From Bigelowiella natans CCMP2755 (taxonomy: Eukaryota; Protista; Cercozoa): 49,962 nt of DNA. The position numbers were made by a program, and so were the translations under genes. Position 1 is the first letter of the stretch, and each line of letters begins with the position of its first letter. Of the stretch, positions 1 through 11,943 are shown piece after piece. The notes under the pieces are model-generated. The model did no database searches. It saw only the letters and a list, made by a program, of their open reading frames with translations, and was not told the origin of the DNA. The stretch covers positions 1 through 49,962 of the forward strand of contig ADNK01000455.1 of the NCBI GenBank assembly GCA_000320545.1. The letters are read 5' to 3'.

Positions 1-235
1 GGAATCAGATTTCGCTCGCTCAAACGGCCTGATGCCGTTGCCAGTCTCTTTAAGGGGAAGAGGGTGAGGGTTTTTGTCTGACGGTTTATCACAGTGAATA
101 CGGCCGGGGTTGGGGGTGTTAGTACGGGAGGGGGAACCGATCCCGAATTTTTAGATATATATATAAATCTATCTATTTTTCGGGGAGGGGGGCCTTGTCT
201 CCCCTTTGTCGCGAACACAGGGGGGGGGGGGGGGG

Positions 236-273
<38 letters not shown>

Positions 274-1033
274 ATTGACAAGATGTATGATGCATATATC
301 TTCGGCTTATCTATCACATGTGTTTTGCGTAGGCTGCATGCTTGCTGATCTACGAATGTATGGGCAATTACCACAACGAACTCGCACAGAACCTCGCGCG
401 ACGGGAGCAGTCGAATCTGTAGCAGCGCATTGCATGAGGCGTTCTTGTCCGTCGTGCCGCCTTCCTCCTTGCAGACGTGATGAGCTGAGATCAGAAGGTG
501 CACTGCGACCAAACTCATTCGCATGTCTCGGGGTATCTTGACCACGTGAGGAGATAAAGGAGGAGGTAAAGGAGGAGGAGGAGGAGGAGGAGGAGGAGGA
601 GGAGGAAGAGGAAGAGGGCAGGAGAGGAAGAGGGCAGGAGAGGAAGAGGGGGAAAAAGGCAAGTCGAGTATATAGATGAATAATGATCCTTCTCATATCA
701 CAGTATCCCAAGTCTCCCCTCCACGTTCTCACCCCCCTTCTTCACTTCTCCTGTTTCGCTCGTATATATGTAGCACCAAAATCACCACCTTTCTGTTATG
801 AGGCAGTTGAATCTTGGAGATGGCCAATGCGGTGACATTTACTCCCTAGGTAGGGAGTGGTAGCAGGCATGATTTGGGGTCAGTTGTGGTGGCAAATACA
901 ACAAAGCATGGCCCTCTAACTGGAGGGGGATCATACATGATGATCGTCAGGGGAAGAAGAAGCAGAAAGAGGGGGAGAGGAAGCAGGAGAGAGAAGGCCA
1001 ATACGTACAGCTGACTCTTGGGGAAAAAGAGAA

Positions 1034-1102
<69 letters not shown>

Positions 1103-1106
1103 GTAC

Positions 1107-1153
<47 letters not shown>

Positions 1154-2055
1154 AAGGGGGGGGAGAAAAGTTGATATCACTACGAGAAGAAACAAAACTG
1201 GTTTGAGACATCAGCCCCACCCACACCTGCACCTGTAGCGGCTCTAGCTCATCGATTTCGTCGAATTTTCGGTGGTGGAGAGGTCCCCCTTTTCTCTCTC
1301 TCCTGTATTTGTCCAGAGTTGCTCTGCGTCTTTGCCCGGGCGAGCCGTTTCCTCCCCCTCCTTTCCCCCACCCCTGCTGAGAGCAATCGCAATTCTCATC
1401 CGTTTGACTGCGCCTTTCTATAGTTGAAAGCTCCCCCGGTAGCAAAAAATACGTGCTTTTCGACTCGCCAGATGACTCCAGCTTATTCAGCAATTTTGGG
1501 TCTTGTAGCGAAATTCTGGAAATTGTTTGGATAAGTGTTAGTAGCAGAGAAGCAATGAGCAGTGGTGGTGATGGTGGGTCGGCACAAATGTTTCGGATGG
1601 GCCCTAGTATGCGGCGTCAGAGCTAAGACTGGGGAAACATCATGCTGTTGGAGGAACGCTTCTCTCTCGTACAAATACGCGACAATGTTTATAGTCGATT
1701 CTTTTCCTTCTTCTTCTTCTTCTTCTTCTTCTTCTTCCTACCACCTTTGCACTAGCTTTTGACGTGCATCCATCATCGTACGAATGCGGTCTGTACTGTC
1801 CTTCAGCTGCTGCAATAGCTCCGTCATGGCGATGTCAGGGTCCGTCGTAGGCGCCCTGGGTTCCCCCCCCTCTCCATCATCGAGCATCTGGCATGTGCGA
1901 TCATCTCCTTCTTCGCAGTGGCCGCCATCTGCCCCCCCCCCTCTGGCACCATCTGCAGCGACCTCCTTGCCATTTGCGGCCAGCAGAATGCCTGGCACTA
2001 AGAGTACCAGAAGCGCCGGGAGAAGGGCGGGAGTGTAGCGGGATGGGATGGCCAT
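1..2055 (-). CDS. Multi-exon secreted/membrane protein of unknown function; 3' part runs off the window
   Basis: ATG at 2055 gives MAIPSRYTPALLPALLVLLVPGILLAA (signal-peptide-like), followed by a short coiled coil. GT-AG-bounded exons lie near 1744-2055, 1232-1516, 789-845 and 392-537. No family motif recognised. Confidence 0.55.
220..268. repeat. Poly-G followed by (AG)n microsatellite (intronic)
   Basis: Read directly. Confidence 0.95.
1035..1149. repeat. Compound (TC)n-(TG)n-(GA)n microsatellite; the TC and GA arms are mutually complementary
   Basis: Read directly. Confidence 0.9.
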
Positions 2056-2350
2056 TGCTCTTCGTCCATGCAGGAGGGTGAGACTGCTGCTGTTCCGAAC
2101 CACGTTCGGAGAAACAAATTTAAGAATAAAAAAAAACCCTAAATACATCCTAAAAATGTTCATGGAATACGGCTACCGTAATTTGGGAAGATGCGATTTC
2201 ACATCTAAGGTATAACTGGAGTATTTAGGTCAAACTAGGCTTAAAATATTACCAGAGTGCGCTACAGTGAGAAGGCGTTTAACAGCGGCAAATGGGGCAC
2301 CCCCTTATCTTCCGAACCAACGCCGCTGCTATTCCTCCACAGAGCTTCGT

Positions 2351-2824
2351 ATGGGGGACTCCTTGGGATTACCACCCCAGTATATAGCAAATCACAGACA
2401 ATGGGGGTGCGGTGCTCCCCCCATCTCCATCCCCCACAGCGTGCTAAGAGACAGGCCATCGTCATTTTCTAGGCGTCCTGAGTTTCACGCCCTGCGAGCT
2501 AGTTCGTTTGCCCCTCATCATCCTTCTCATCGCTGCCATCAATACTACTGCCATCCTCCTTCTCCACCTCTTCCTCCTCCTCCCTCTCCCTCCCATTATC
2601 ATCGTCTTCGGCTGCTTTTCCGAACGACCAAGACAACCGCCCCTCAGGAGAAACCGGGCCTTATCTTCAAGGGGCGTTGTGCCGCTAGCGGGATGATGCT
2701 AGGTAAATGAATGGTAATTTGAAATTCTCTGATGATAGAGGTGGGGGGGGGGGGGGAATATCAGCGATCCATCCAGAAACAAAGTCTCCTGCATTTATAT
2801 GCTCAGACTGATACGGGTACAGGG

Positions 2825-2858
<34 letters not shown>

Positions 2859-3147
2859 TCATCCCCAACCCCACATATGTGCAGCACATGTGGAGGGAAT
2901 TCTGCACTGATTGATATTATTATTCGTTCCTTTTTCCCCTGCCGGGGAGCTGGTGGTGGTGGTGGTGGATATTAGGGAGATAGATATTGCACGACGCCAT
3001 CATCAACATGTCGCTGAATGATATGATGATTTATACGGCCCACCCAGGCTTGCTATTCTCCGCCGTACCGTCCGTATTGAGCATTTCTGCAAGTAATTTG
3101 GATTGGCTGCTCCTCAGTGCTGCTCTCGGTATGTGACATGCCTGACT

Positions 3148-3190
<43 letters not shown>

Positions 3191-3517
3191 TTTCTATCTC
3201 CTCTTCTTATGCTTTTCCCACTTTCCAACGTGAATGAACAACGATGAAAGAAGCCATTTCTCGATGTCTACTTTCTATCTATCCCCTACCCTTTGAAGCG
3301 CCCCCCTCCTATCCCCTGCTCTTGGATCCTCTACTGCCTTGATATGAGCTCATCTGAGACCTTCGATGTTATCTTTCTGCTGGTTGCTGCTGGTGCTGCT
3401 ATTTTGAAACAAAGTTGTGCACGAACTCGGCCATTTTGCGGCCTCGCGGGTGTTTCAGGTACAACACATTATGGAATGCTGACTTTCCTCCACTCTCCTC
3501 ATCTTCCCTCCGTTTCA

Positions 3518-3560
<43 letters not shown>

Positions 3561-3602
3561 ACTCGTTGTGGAGGTGACATCAAGACCCCGTGAGTGAGAG
3601 GA

Positions 3603-3633
<31 letters not shown>

Positions 3634-3874
3634 GAGAGAGAATATGTGTGCATAGAGAATACGGCATGGCGAACTAAAAGGGCAAGCAAATGGACACAAT
3701 AAACATCGCACCATCATCATCCTCATAGGTATTTGTCAGTGAGATCTCTTTAGGATTTGGCCCGATCATTAAACGATTCAAGGTGCTGCGTGCTTGTGCA
3801 TTCGTCTCCCCTCGTTCTTGCGGCTGTAGTTGTTGTTGTTCTCGTTTTTGCTATCGCTAGTAAGTATTCATATA

Positions 3875-3916
<42 letters not shown>

Positions 3917-4047
3917 CTCATATATGTATATACACTTATGTATACAAATATATTATTCATTTATGTTATGAATCCTTTTCTTAGATAGGGGACACGTCTG
4001 GAGCTTTCCCAAAACAAAGGGGTATGCAAGTCACACCACGATACAGA

Positions 4048-4091
<44 letters not shown>

Positions 4092-5161
4092 AGAGGAAGA
4101 GGAAGAGGGGCGATCGTTTCTACCGATGGCAATAACTGGCAGCTTTTGAGAAATCGATCAGGGAGTAGTAATATAGAAAGTTTCGTCATTATGGTAATAA
4201 TGAGTAATAGTTGTCCTTGAGAGGATAAGGATAATACCCCTTCATCAGAGTATATCTTCGATGCATTCTAATTGTTTCACTGTCGCTTCCGCGGCCTACT
4301 CTCCCCTCTCCCCCTCTCCCCCTCTCCTCTCTTCATGTCGTCGTCTACCTCGTGCAGGGGTGAACGTTGCGTGGAGAGCGTTGCCGTTTGGTAGTAATAC
4401 TGAATAGGACCACCAACGAAGAGATCTGCAGATGCCTGCGTACATGTTTCGAATGCAATCTATCACGGGGGAGGGGGGGAAGGGGAGGGGAGAGGGGAAT
4501 GAGAATAATGCGGTTCCTCAACGACTTCTCAATAGAACCCGTTCTCCTCCTCATTATCATCGTAAATTCGACTTCGGCGATTAGGAGGCTCTGTCCGCTA
4601 CCCCGATTTAGCCCCGGAGGGAGGGGGAGGAGGGGGCGAGGAGAAGAAGAATAACGACAGCTTAAACGGTGAGATGCATATATCATAGCTTGGGATTCGT
4701 ACGGCCTGATAAGATTGAAGCCGAGAGCGAAATGGTGGTGGTGGTGATGATGATGGTGATGACGAGAACAAGAGAGGCAATTGACAATACGATCGCACAA
4801 TAGACTGAATGAGCGCAAACACCACCATACGGTGGCAGCAGTGGCAACGATGTGATAAATGCCTTCTCCCACCCACTCACAGGGTCGCGCTGCTACCTGC
4901 CTTCCAACGATGACCCTGACCGTCTGGAGAACAAGTCGGTGTTCTCCAATCTCTTTTTGAACGCTAGTTATAAGTAGCCAGCGCGCATGGATTGGGTAGC
5001 ACGCAGGAGGCCCTCCAACATATGATGCTCTGCTATGTGTACGACGAAACAACGTGGAGACACCTTGAGATAGACTACCTCTCATGAAGACGAGCGAGGG
5101 ATGAGGGATGGGGGCGGGTGCAGCATTATGTGCTGGTGGTAGCTGTTTTTCCCAGTAGATG

Positions 5162-5201
<40 letters not shown>

Positions 5202-5749
5202 GCCGGTATGGCAGCGCGTCATAATCGCTCTAGCTGGGATTGCAGGTTAGGAGGAGGAAGGAGGAGAAGGAAGAGGAGGATGGGGGAGGGGGGGAGGAGG
5301 ATGAGGGGGAGAGAAGGCGGAGGTCACATGAAATTGCCGATTACACATAGCTGCTCGCATAGTGCCAACCTTCTTACAGCTTCTGCGGCAAGAGAATGTA
5401 GGGTGATATTTCCACAAATCAATCTCACCAGAACTCTTTTATATGTGTGGCATGCAGCTAACGTTCTTGCTGCGTGGGGTGCGCTGCTGCTGCTGCTCTC
5501 GGGGAGTGCAATGGAACATCTGGGGGAAATATCTGCAAATATCGTTCGAGGCATGCAGAGTATGTGATAGCTTGCGATCGCTATCATCGTTGGCATCATC
5601 TTCGCTCACACTCCTCACCTTTTTCTTGATGATGAGTGGTGGTTTTGGCTCTCCCCTCTGCTATTTGTTTGCTTAGTATTGGCCTCAACGAGAAGCATTA
5701 CGAGTGGGGAGTACAGGTTGGTCAGCAGCTGCAGCAACACGTCCATCTC

Positions 5750-5785
<36 letters not shown>

Positions 5786-5787
5786 TA

Positions 5788-5826
<39 letters not shown>

Positions 5827-5975
5827 TATTCAGCAGACGTGAGAAATGTACCATTCCCCCCCTCCCCTCTTTATCGCCAGCTTTCTGCAAGAATGCTTCC
5901 ATACCTCGAGCTGCTCTGTCTCTGGTGGGTAACGATTTCAGCTTGATTGCGTGTGTATATGCGCGTGCGCGTTTA

Positions 5976-6012
<37 letters not shown>

Positions 6013-6537
6013 CTGCGTGAATCTATATTGCCATGGCATGTCATGTGGGGCGAGGGGGGCTCATGAATGCATACGTACATGTGTGTAGGAGGATTATATA
6101 GCTTCGCTTCAGCCAATATCTACCTTGCAATATTGTAAGTGATAGCATTGTAGTAGTAATAACTAGTAGTAGCAGCAGTAGTAGTGGTAGTAGCAGTAGT
6201 CGCTGTCGTCGCGCCAAAGCTATTGTAGCAACGAGAAAGCGAGGAGAGGGAGCGCACGACTGACTGTGTGGTTGGGCAGCCATAGGTCATTAGTAAGGAG
6301 ACATGTCCTCCCTACATTATTTCAGTATCAGTGCGGCACGAAGCGCATAAGCAGAAATGAATGACTCTCCTTCTCCCGTTTATGTATTTATACAGCAACA
6401 TGCTGCCCCTCTTGTTTTTTGACGGAGGAGAGGTGATCAGACTCCTTTGTCTCAAAATGGGGGGTGGGGGAGGGGCAATCCTAAGGAGCACCATCAAGGC
6501 CCTTCAGCTTGCCCTAACGGTAACTAGAATATTGTAG
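2351..6537 (+). CDS. Site-2 intramembrane zinc metalloprotease, family M50B (RseP/ARASP-like), about 12 exons, no PDZ domain
   Basis: Spliced exons read LLLSAAL|VVHELGHFAASRVFQ (HExxH at 3420-3434) |VFVSEISLGFGP... |GVNVAWRALPF|GGSV... DDPDRLEN|KPVWQRVIIALAGIA|ANVLAA... FASANIYLAI|FNMLPLLFFDGG (NxxPxxxxDG at 6397-6426). Start codon uncertain. Confidence 0.88.
5165..5198. repeat. (TA)n microsatellite immediately before a splice acceptor
   Basis: Read directly; followed by ttag|GCCGGTATGG. Confidence 0.95.
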
Positions 6538-6889
6538 CGTTATGCTGTGCGGCCCGCATAACATGAGAATTCTGCCATGTGAAGTATCCGGTTCCGGTGA
6601 GTACAACACCCGTGAGAACTATAAGCAATACGATTTTCCATCTCTGTAAATTGCTTTGAGGTACCGATATACTGATATCTAAAGAAGAGTTTACCAAAGC
6701 ATAGCGTTTGACCTCACTCCGAAATTATACGTTATCAGCTCGGTGTGATAGCGCTGTCGCCTCTCTTCCTATGGAGAGCGCATCAAGTAATATAGCCAGT
6801 CGTCTGAGGTGATCGTGGGAATAGAGCTAGAGAGATCATGGTCATCTTTCGTCATCCCAGTATCATCATCTCATCAGGCCTGTCAAGAC

Positions 6890-7510
6890 ATATATGTGCT
6901 TGCGTTGTCAACTGTACAGTAGAGAATGATGCGACAAGCCAGCAAGGTGGACTAGTGGAACCTATATGCTGCGCAAAAGTTTCTAATGAATTTCTGATCA
7001 AACCGTGCTAGCGTGTGCCGCACCCAGGCGTACAAGATGATCGTTGTGCTTGCTCGCGTGTGCTAGCTAGCTAGTGTGTGCTAGCGCATGCATGCTAGCA
7101 TGGCCCACATCGTAATCATGCAATCAATTTAGCATTTGTGCACGAATGCTTGTAGCTCGCTCCGATCCTTTCGCATTGACTAAAAACATCTTGGCAGTTT
7201 CGAGCAGCAGCTGCTTACATCAATTTCGTAATAGCATCGATCTGCTGCATTGAATGTATGCAATGTTTCATAGTACGCGCTCTATATTATTGAGATCAAG
7301 TACACACTTGCAATTTTGCGCTGACGATGTCACATCTGGTCATTATTGTTCATTCGATCGTACATCATTGCTCTCCTACACCTTCAACGTGCATTTCACA
7401 TTTAATGTCTGGATGTCATTTGAATCATTGCGTTGGGCTGTACTGCTCAACTTGGTACTTGCGTGATATCTGCATTGAAATGATTACATCTAGACATGGC
7501 GAGTCGTAAT
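6890..7510. other. CTAG/CATG/TGCA-rich, CC/GG-poor spacer element 1 (convergent 3' ends)
   Basis: GCTAGCTAGCTAG near 7062, CATGCTAGCATG 7091-7102, ATCTAGACAT 7488-7497. Confidence 0.75.
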
Positions 7511-7622
7511 TGTTGTGCAATTACAAATGTGACTATTATCCATCATGAAGGAGGCGGACACCGTTTTAACAATTTCCTACCTGCGAGAAAGTAGGTCTAT
7601 TGGGTCCAATATTTAGGGATTA

Positions 7623-10600
7623 TTACATTCTGAAGAGCAAAGAATCTCCAACAACATTTCGCAACTGTGACAGCTGCTTAGATCCAGCTATTTTCGATGT
7701 CCCAAGTGTTTGTATGGTAGCATTAGGTAGCTTTGAACTAAGACGACGACTGCGCCATAGCCACATCAATGCTGAGATTGACAAGATAGAAAAGCCTACT
7801 GCAAATGCAGCTCTAGTCGAAATTTTGCTCCACCAAGACTTAGATGAATTGCAGTCATCATTTTTCTTTCCAATATCAGCTTTGAGTAAAGGCCTTCGAG
7901 TCACTGCGTCCCATATCAATATTGATTTTATACTTGAATGATTTTCTTTCGCTGATTCTATTGCTGCCGCCTTTGATATGACATGCTGAAGTTGATCCAT
8001 CAGTGCATCCTGATCTCCTTTCTTTGGAAAATCCAGCGGCAAACTAACATTGTAGCTATTCACATCTTCTAAATTAAGCTGAGCAGCACGGACCAAATTT
8101 ATTGACATCGTCGGTCGATGATCTTGGGTTTCAGAATCAGTCGAACGGAGAGCGTCGGTGATCGAGCTTATGCTGGATGAAAGCTCTGAATCAAGCTCGA
8201 GGACTAAATGTAGCAGGCCATCTGACGCCCCACGATTCTGAACTCGAATTTTCCTTTCGAAGCGTGTTCTTGATCCTGCTGGTTCTGATACACCATCCTT
8301 GTGATCTCCTTCTTCTGTAACACTTAGTACTTGCGGGGAATTTAGCATGTAATTCGGAGAGCCTGCGATATTGCTACGAGGCGATGGTGAGCTAATGCTA
8401 AGGCTTCCTCGACTCATTGGTGTTAACGGCGACGAAATCGTGTTATCTCCCGTGGAACCAGGAACAGTGACCCGAAGAGGATCGGTCTTTTTGTCATGCA
8501 AGTTGCCATTCGCTTGATGCTGAAGCTGTTTCATCTTACGTGTAAGCTCTTCTGCCTTGGCAATAGCCTCTCTATGTAGTCTTTCCATACGCTTTTGCTC
8601 CTCCCTATCCACTCTTTCAGTTTCCTCCAAAAGTTTTCTGTGTTCCATCTCACTACTCGATGGTGTAGTCGCTGATGCAGATAACTCTGCTGATGAGCCA
8701 CTTCGAGGAGATCCCTGGGTCATCTTGGAAAGCGACGGAACATTAGGGAGAGAATCATGTGCGATGCTTTGGTGTTTCTTCTTCTCCTGCTCAATGCTCC
8801 GTTGAATATCCTCCAGGTTGGGTACAGCCCTGGGATTAAAATTGGAGTCATAAAATTGAACTTGTAAGTTTTCTCCCTTCAGTGTGCCAAAGCGCAAGTC
8901 CCCTGTTGAGCCTCGTCGCCTAGAGTCGCGGCTTTTTAGAAATTTTCGCCTTCCACCATTCGATGTTGCTGTATTCTCCTTCTTTAGTTTTTCTAACTCC
9001 TTTTTAACAATCAGTTTCACCTTGTATTAAGACGAAATACTAAAATAATTTATTCCAGAACCTTTCTGATCTTCACCGCTTCTTCCAACCTCCTTGTTAG
9101 CTCGTAGATGTCGTTTCTTTGTGTTTCGACAAGTTGTATCCAGGTTTGTTTTGAAGAATTGCTCTCCTTCAGTTTTCTTTCCCTAGAAAAGAGTAATTGT
9201 TTTCACAGAAAATTCTATTTTCTTAATGAAATAATTTCAAAACTGTTTCGCTTGAAGATGTTTGCTTGTTGCAAGGCTCTGAGAGATACACGTCAGAGTT
9301 ATTGTTATAATGTTGTGCTTATTTAAATCAAGCACCTGCCGCAGGTTATCATTTTGCTTGAGAAGCTCTTTGATCTAATACGATTGTTAGTGATTTAAAT
9401 TATTTACGAGCCTCAACTTAGCTAAATCTAGTCCACCTCATGAACCAAATGCGCATTTTCTTCAAGCCCCTCATTAGATTCCGCATTCATTTTCGAGACC
9501 AAAAGTTCAAGCCTAATCTTTTCCAATTTTGAAATCTCTGAAAACACCAACAGTGTTTAATATTGATTTTCGCATTCTCACAGTGGTAACCTTCAGCTTG
9601 ATGAGAAATAGTAACATCCTTTCCTTCCAGTCTCTCTATCATGACGTTCATCCGCTTTTGAAGTTTTTCTTTTTGCAGAGTGACCTTTTGCCTCTCGTTC
9701 ACCAGCTGTGTGTTTGAATCTTCCAAAATTCGACACTAAGAAAAGGGAAAATAAGACAATAACATTTTGTATCATTATGATGCCATGTGCTGTACTTGCT
9801 TCTCCAGATTCATTGCACGCTGTCTCAAGATGTGTGTCTGGTGTTCAAGCTCTGCAAACTCATGAGCATCTGTTTCTTGGGCTTGCGATGCAAAAAATTT
9901 CCTTTCCACTTTTGGACTAAGGGAATTTCCGATGGAACTTAATGTTTCAACCTATGGTACAAAATATGCTTTTCAAAAGGAATTCAACCATAGTAAACAT
10001 AGTTACCGTGTAACTTTTATTGCTAATTGATGCGATTCTTCTATGACCCTTATTTCTTGAACTCCCTCCGTTTTGATTCTCAGAGTCATCTCCTCGTATC
10101 GGAGGGCAATCAGGACGAAAATACCACTCTCCACTCAACATTGTCCTAGGTGGTAGATAATCCTTTCACATCACTTGAGTAAATATCATCATTGTAACCT
10201 TCATCATACCGATTCGAAAGATCGTCCCGAGAAGAATCAGAATCCTGTTTACTCTCATAGTCACTCATTCTGGGCAAAGGGGTTCCTATGTCAAGCTGGG
10301 GTCGGGACTTTTGCTTCTGTTTTCCTGTTTTCAATTTCTCGTCCGCAAGAAAAGCACTTACCCCCTGACCCAAGCTTGAACGTGATCTTCTGGACATCGA
10401 CGTTGTAGTTTTCGCATCATCATTTACTGACAGCTCCTCGTCCATTTGGAGACTCTGTATAAAATTCTAATAGAAAACATTAAACATCACCTTTAAAATC
10501 ATTTTAACGTCGCTGATTAAAGCCATATTTCTTTGGAATTACAATTTGAAACCTGAATAAATTCTGCCTCGGAGATTGTACCCGACTTATCAAGGTCCAT

Positions 10601-11037
10601 CTGTTCAATTTACTTTAGTTTAAGTATTCTACTCATGAAACTCATAAGGCTAACAACCTCATCAAATACGCCCTCGATGTTAAGATTTTGAAGTTTTGGG
10701 TTCATTTTCAAGGCTCTGTCCATACCCTTAAAATATTCTTGTTACATCATTGGATTTGACCAGTCGACTAATTCTACCTCACGTGTTAATTCCCTAATTA
10801 TATTAACAATGTGATAGTCACAGAAAGGACATATCTCATCTAATGGGGAGGGAGTGGAGGGCCGTACCCTTTGTTGTCAATATCTAAAACTTTGAATAGT
10901 CTAGAAGCCATTTGTTGCTTGTCTTCGCTAGTTTGTGAGCCACTCGGGGACACATTCGATCTGGTACTCAATGTAGGATTTGTGGCGCTATCTTCGTCCA
11001 CAGTGAACACAGGAATTGACGATAGTGAGTCCGTCAT
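7623..11037 (-). CDS. EF-hand pair + long coiled-coil protein with one C-terminal transmembrane helix
   Basis: LFKVLDIDNKG (about 10870) and QMDLDKSGTISEAEFIQ (about 10552-10606) are EF-hand loops. E/K/Q-rich coiled-coil exons follow. The 465-codon terminal exon (7623-9020) contains AAFAVGFSILSISALMWLW. Confidence 0.7.
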
Positions 11038-11943
11038 AGCCTTATTTTTAAAATTAGTCCAGTCGTCATAATTAGCACCTTGCGTTGATGATGAGTTGTG
11101 TATCTTAGCGCATACAATAGATACAAGCAAAACTGAAAATAGAGGAGAAAATCTAAGATGGGTATGAGCTGAAGATATGTATTTAAGAGGAGGATGAGAC
11201 GAGGATTGATACATAAAGTTGATCTCTCAGGCCCCCCTCTTCGTGTGTGGTGGATCGCTGTGGCTGTGGAATTTGAGTCAGGCGTATTCGTCAATAAACC
11301 GGCTTTCTACGTATGTCGTACAATCAAAACGTTTGCCATTCACCGCTCCTGGTTTCCATCAATGTTTTTTGCTGCAAAAAAGTTTCTCCGTTGCACTACG
11401 AACATTCAGTTGTCGCACATCCACTTTGAAGGCGAGATTGCTGGAAATCAACGACAGGTGATCTACAAAGTGCCGACTTATTATTATTGGAAACTATTGT
11501 CGTACTCGCAGAGATCACTACGAGGTGCTCTCGCTTCTCCGTTTGTGTTTCCCGGATGTCCGGATAGTAAATCTAACGATCAATTTATCGATATTCCGAG
11601 GGGTAAAGCAGCCTGCGTCAACAATAGCCTTGGTGACTTCACGAGGTTTTCGTCTGTCGGATGTTGCAAAGAAGGCAGGATAAAAAAGCACTACATGCAG
11701 TCGGACATCCTTTCAATGAATGCGATCCATTTCAGTAGAGCGACAACTTAAATTCGTTTCGTAGGAATTCTTTCTCAAAAAATAACTTACTGCAACTCCC
11801 CTTGAGCGTGTGTGCGTTCAATTGCCAATCACGATGTCCACCGGCGCTACCAGGTTGCGGCACCATCGCGCAACCTCTCCACGACAAGCTATTCAAAGTT
11901 GCACCAGCAGTACTGTGAGCAACTATTCTATTTTAAATCAGAG

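Noticed and set aside
4345-5085. 246-aa minus-strand ORF
   Set aside because: It is antisense to well-supported M50 protease exons and is kept open by trinucleotide repeats.
94-6300. Many short ORFs with poly-ER, SL, CV, YI or H tracts (also 42300-49960)
   Set aside because: These are translations of intronic microsatellites.
11194-11751. 185-aa ORF in the divergent spacer between the EF-hand and RGS genes
   Set aside because: No recognisable motif and no protein-like composition. It probably overlaps promoter/UTR sequence. It cannot be excluded without RNA data.
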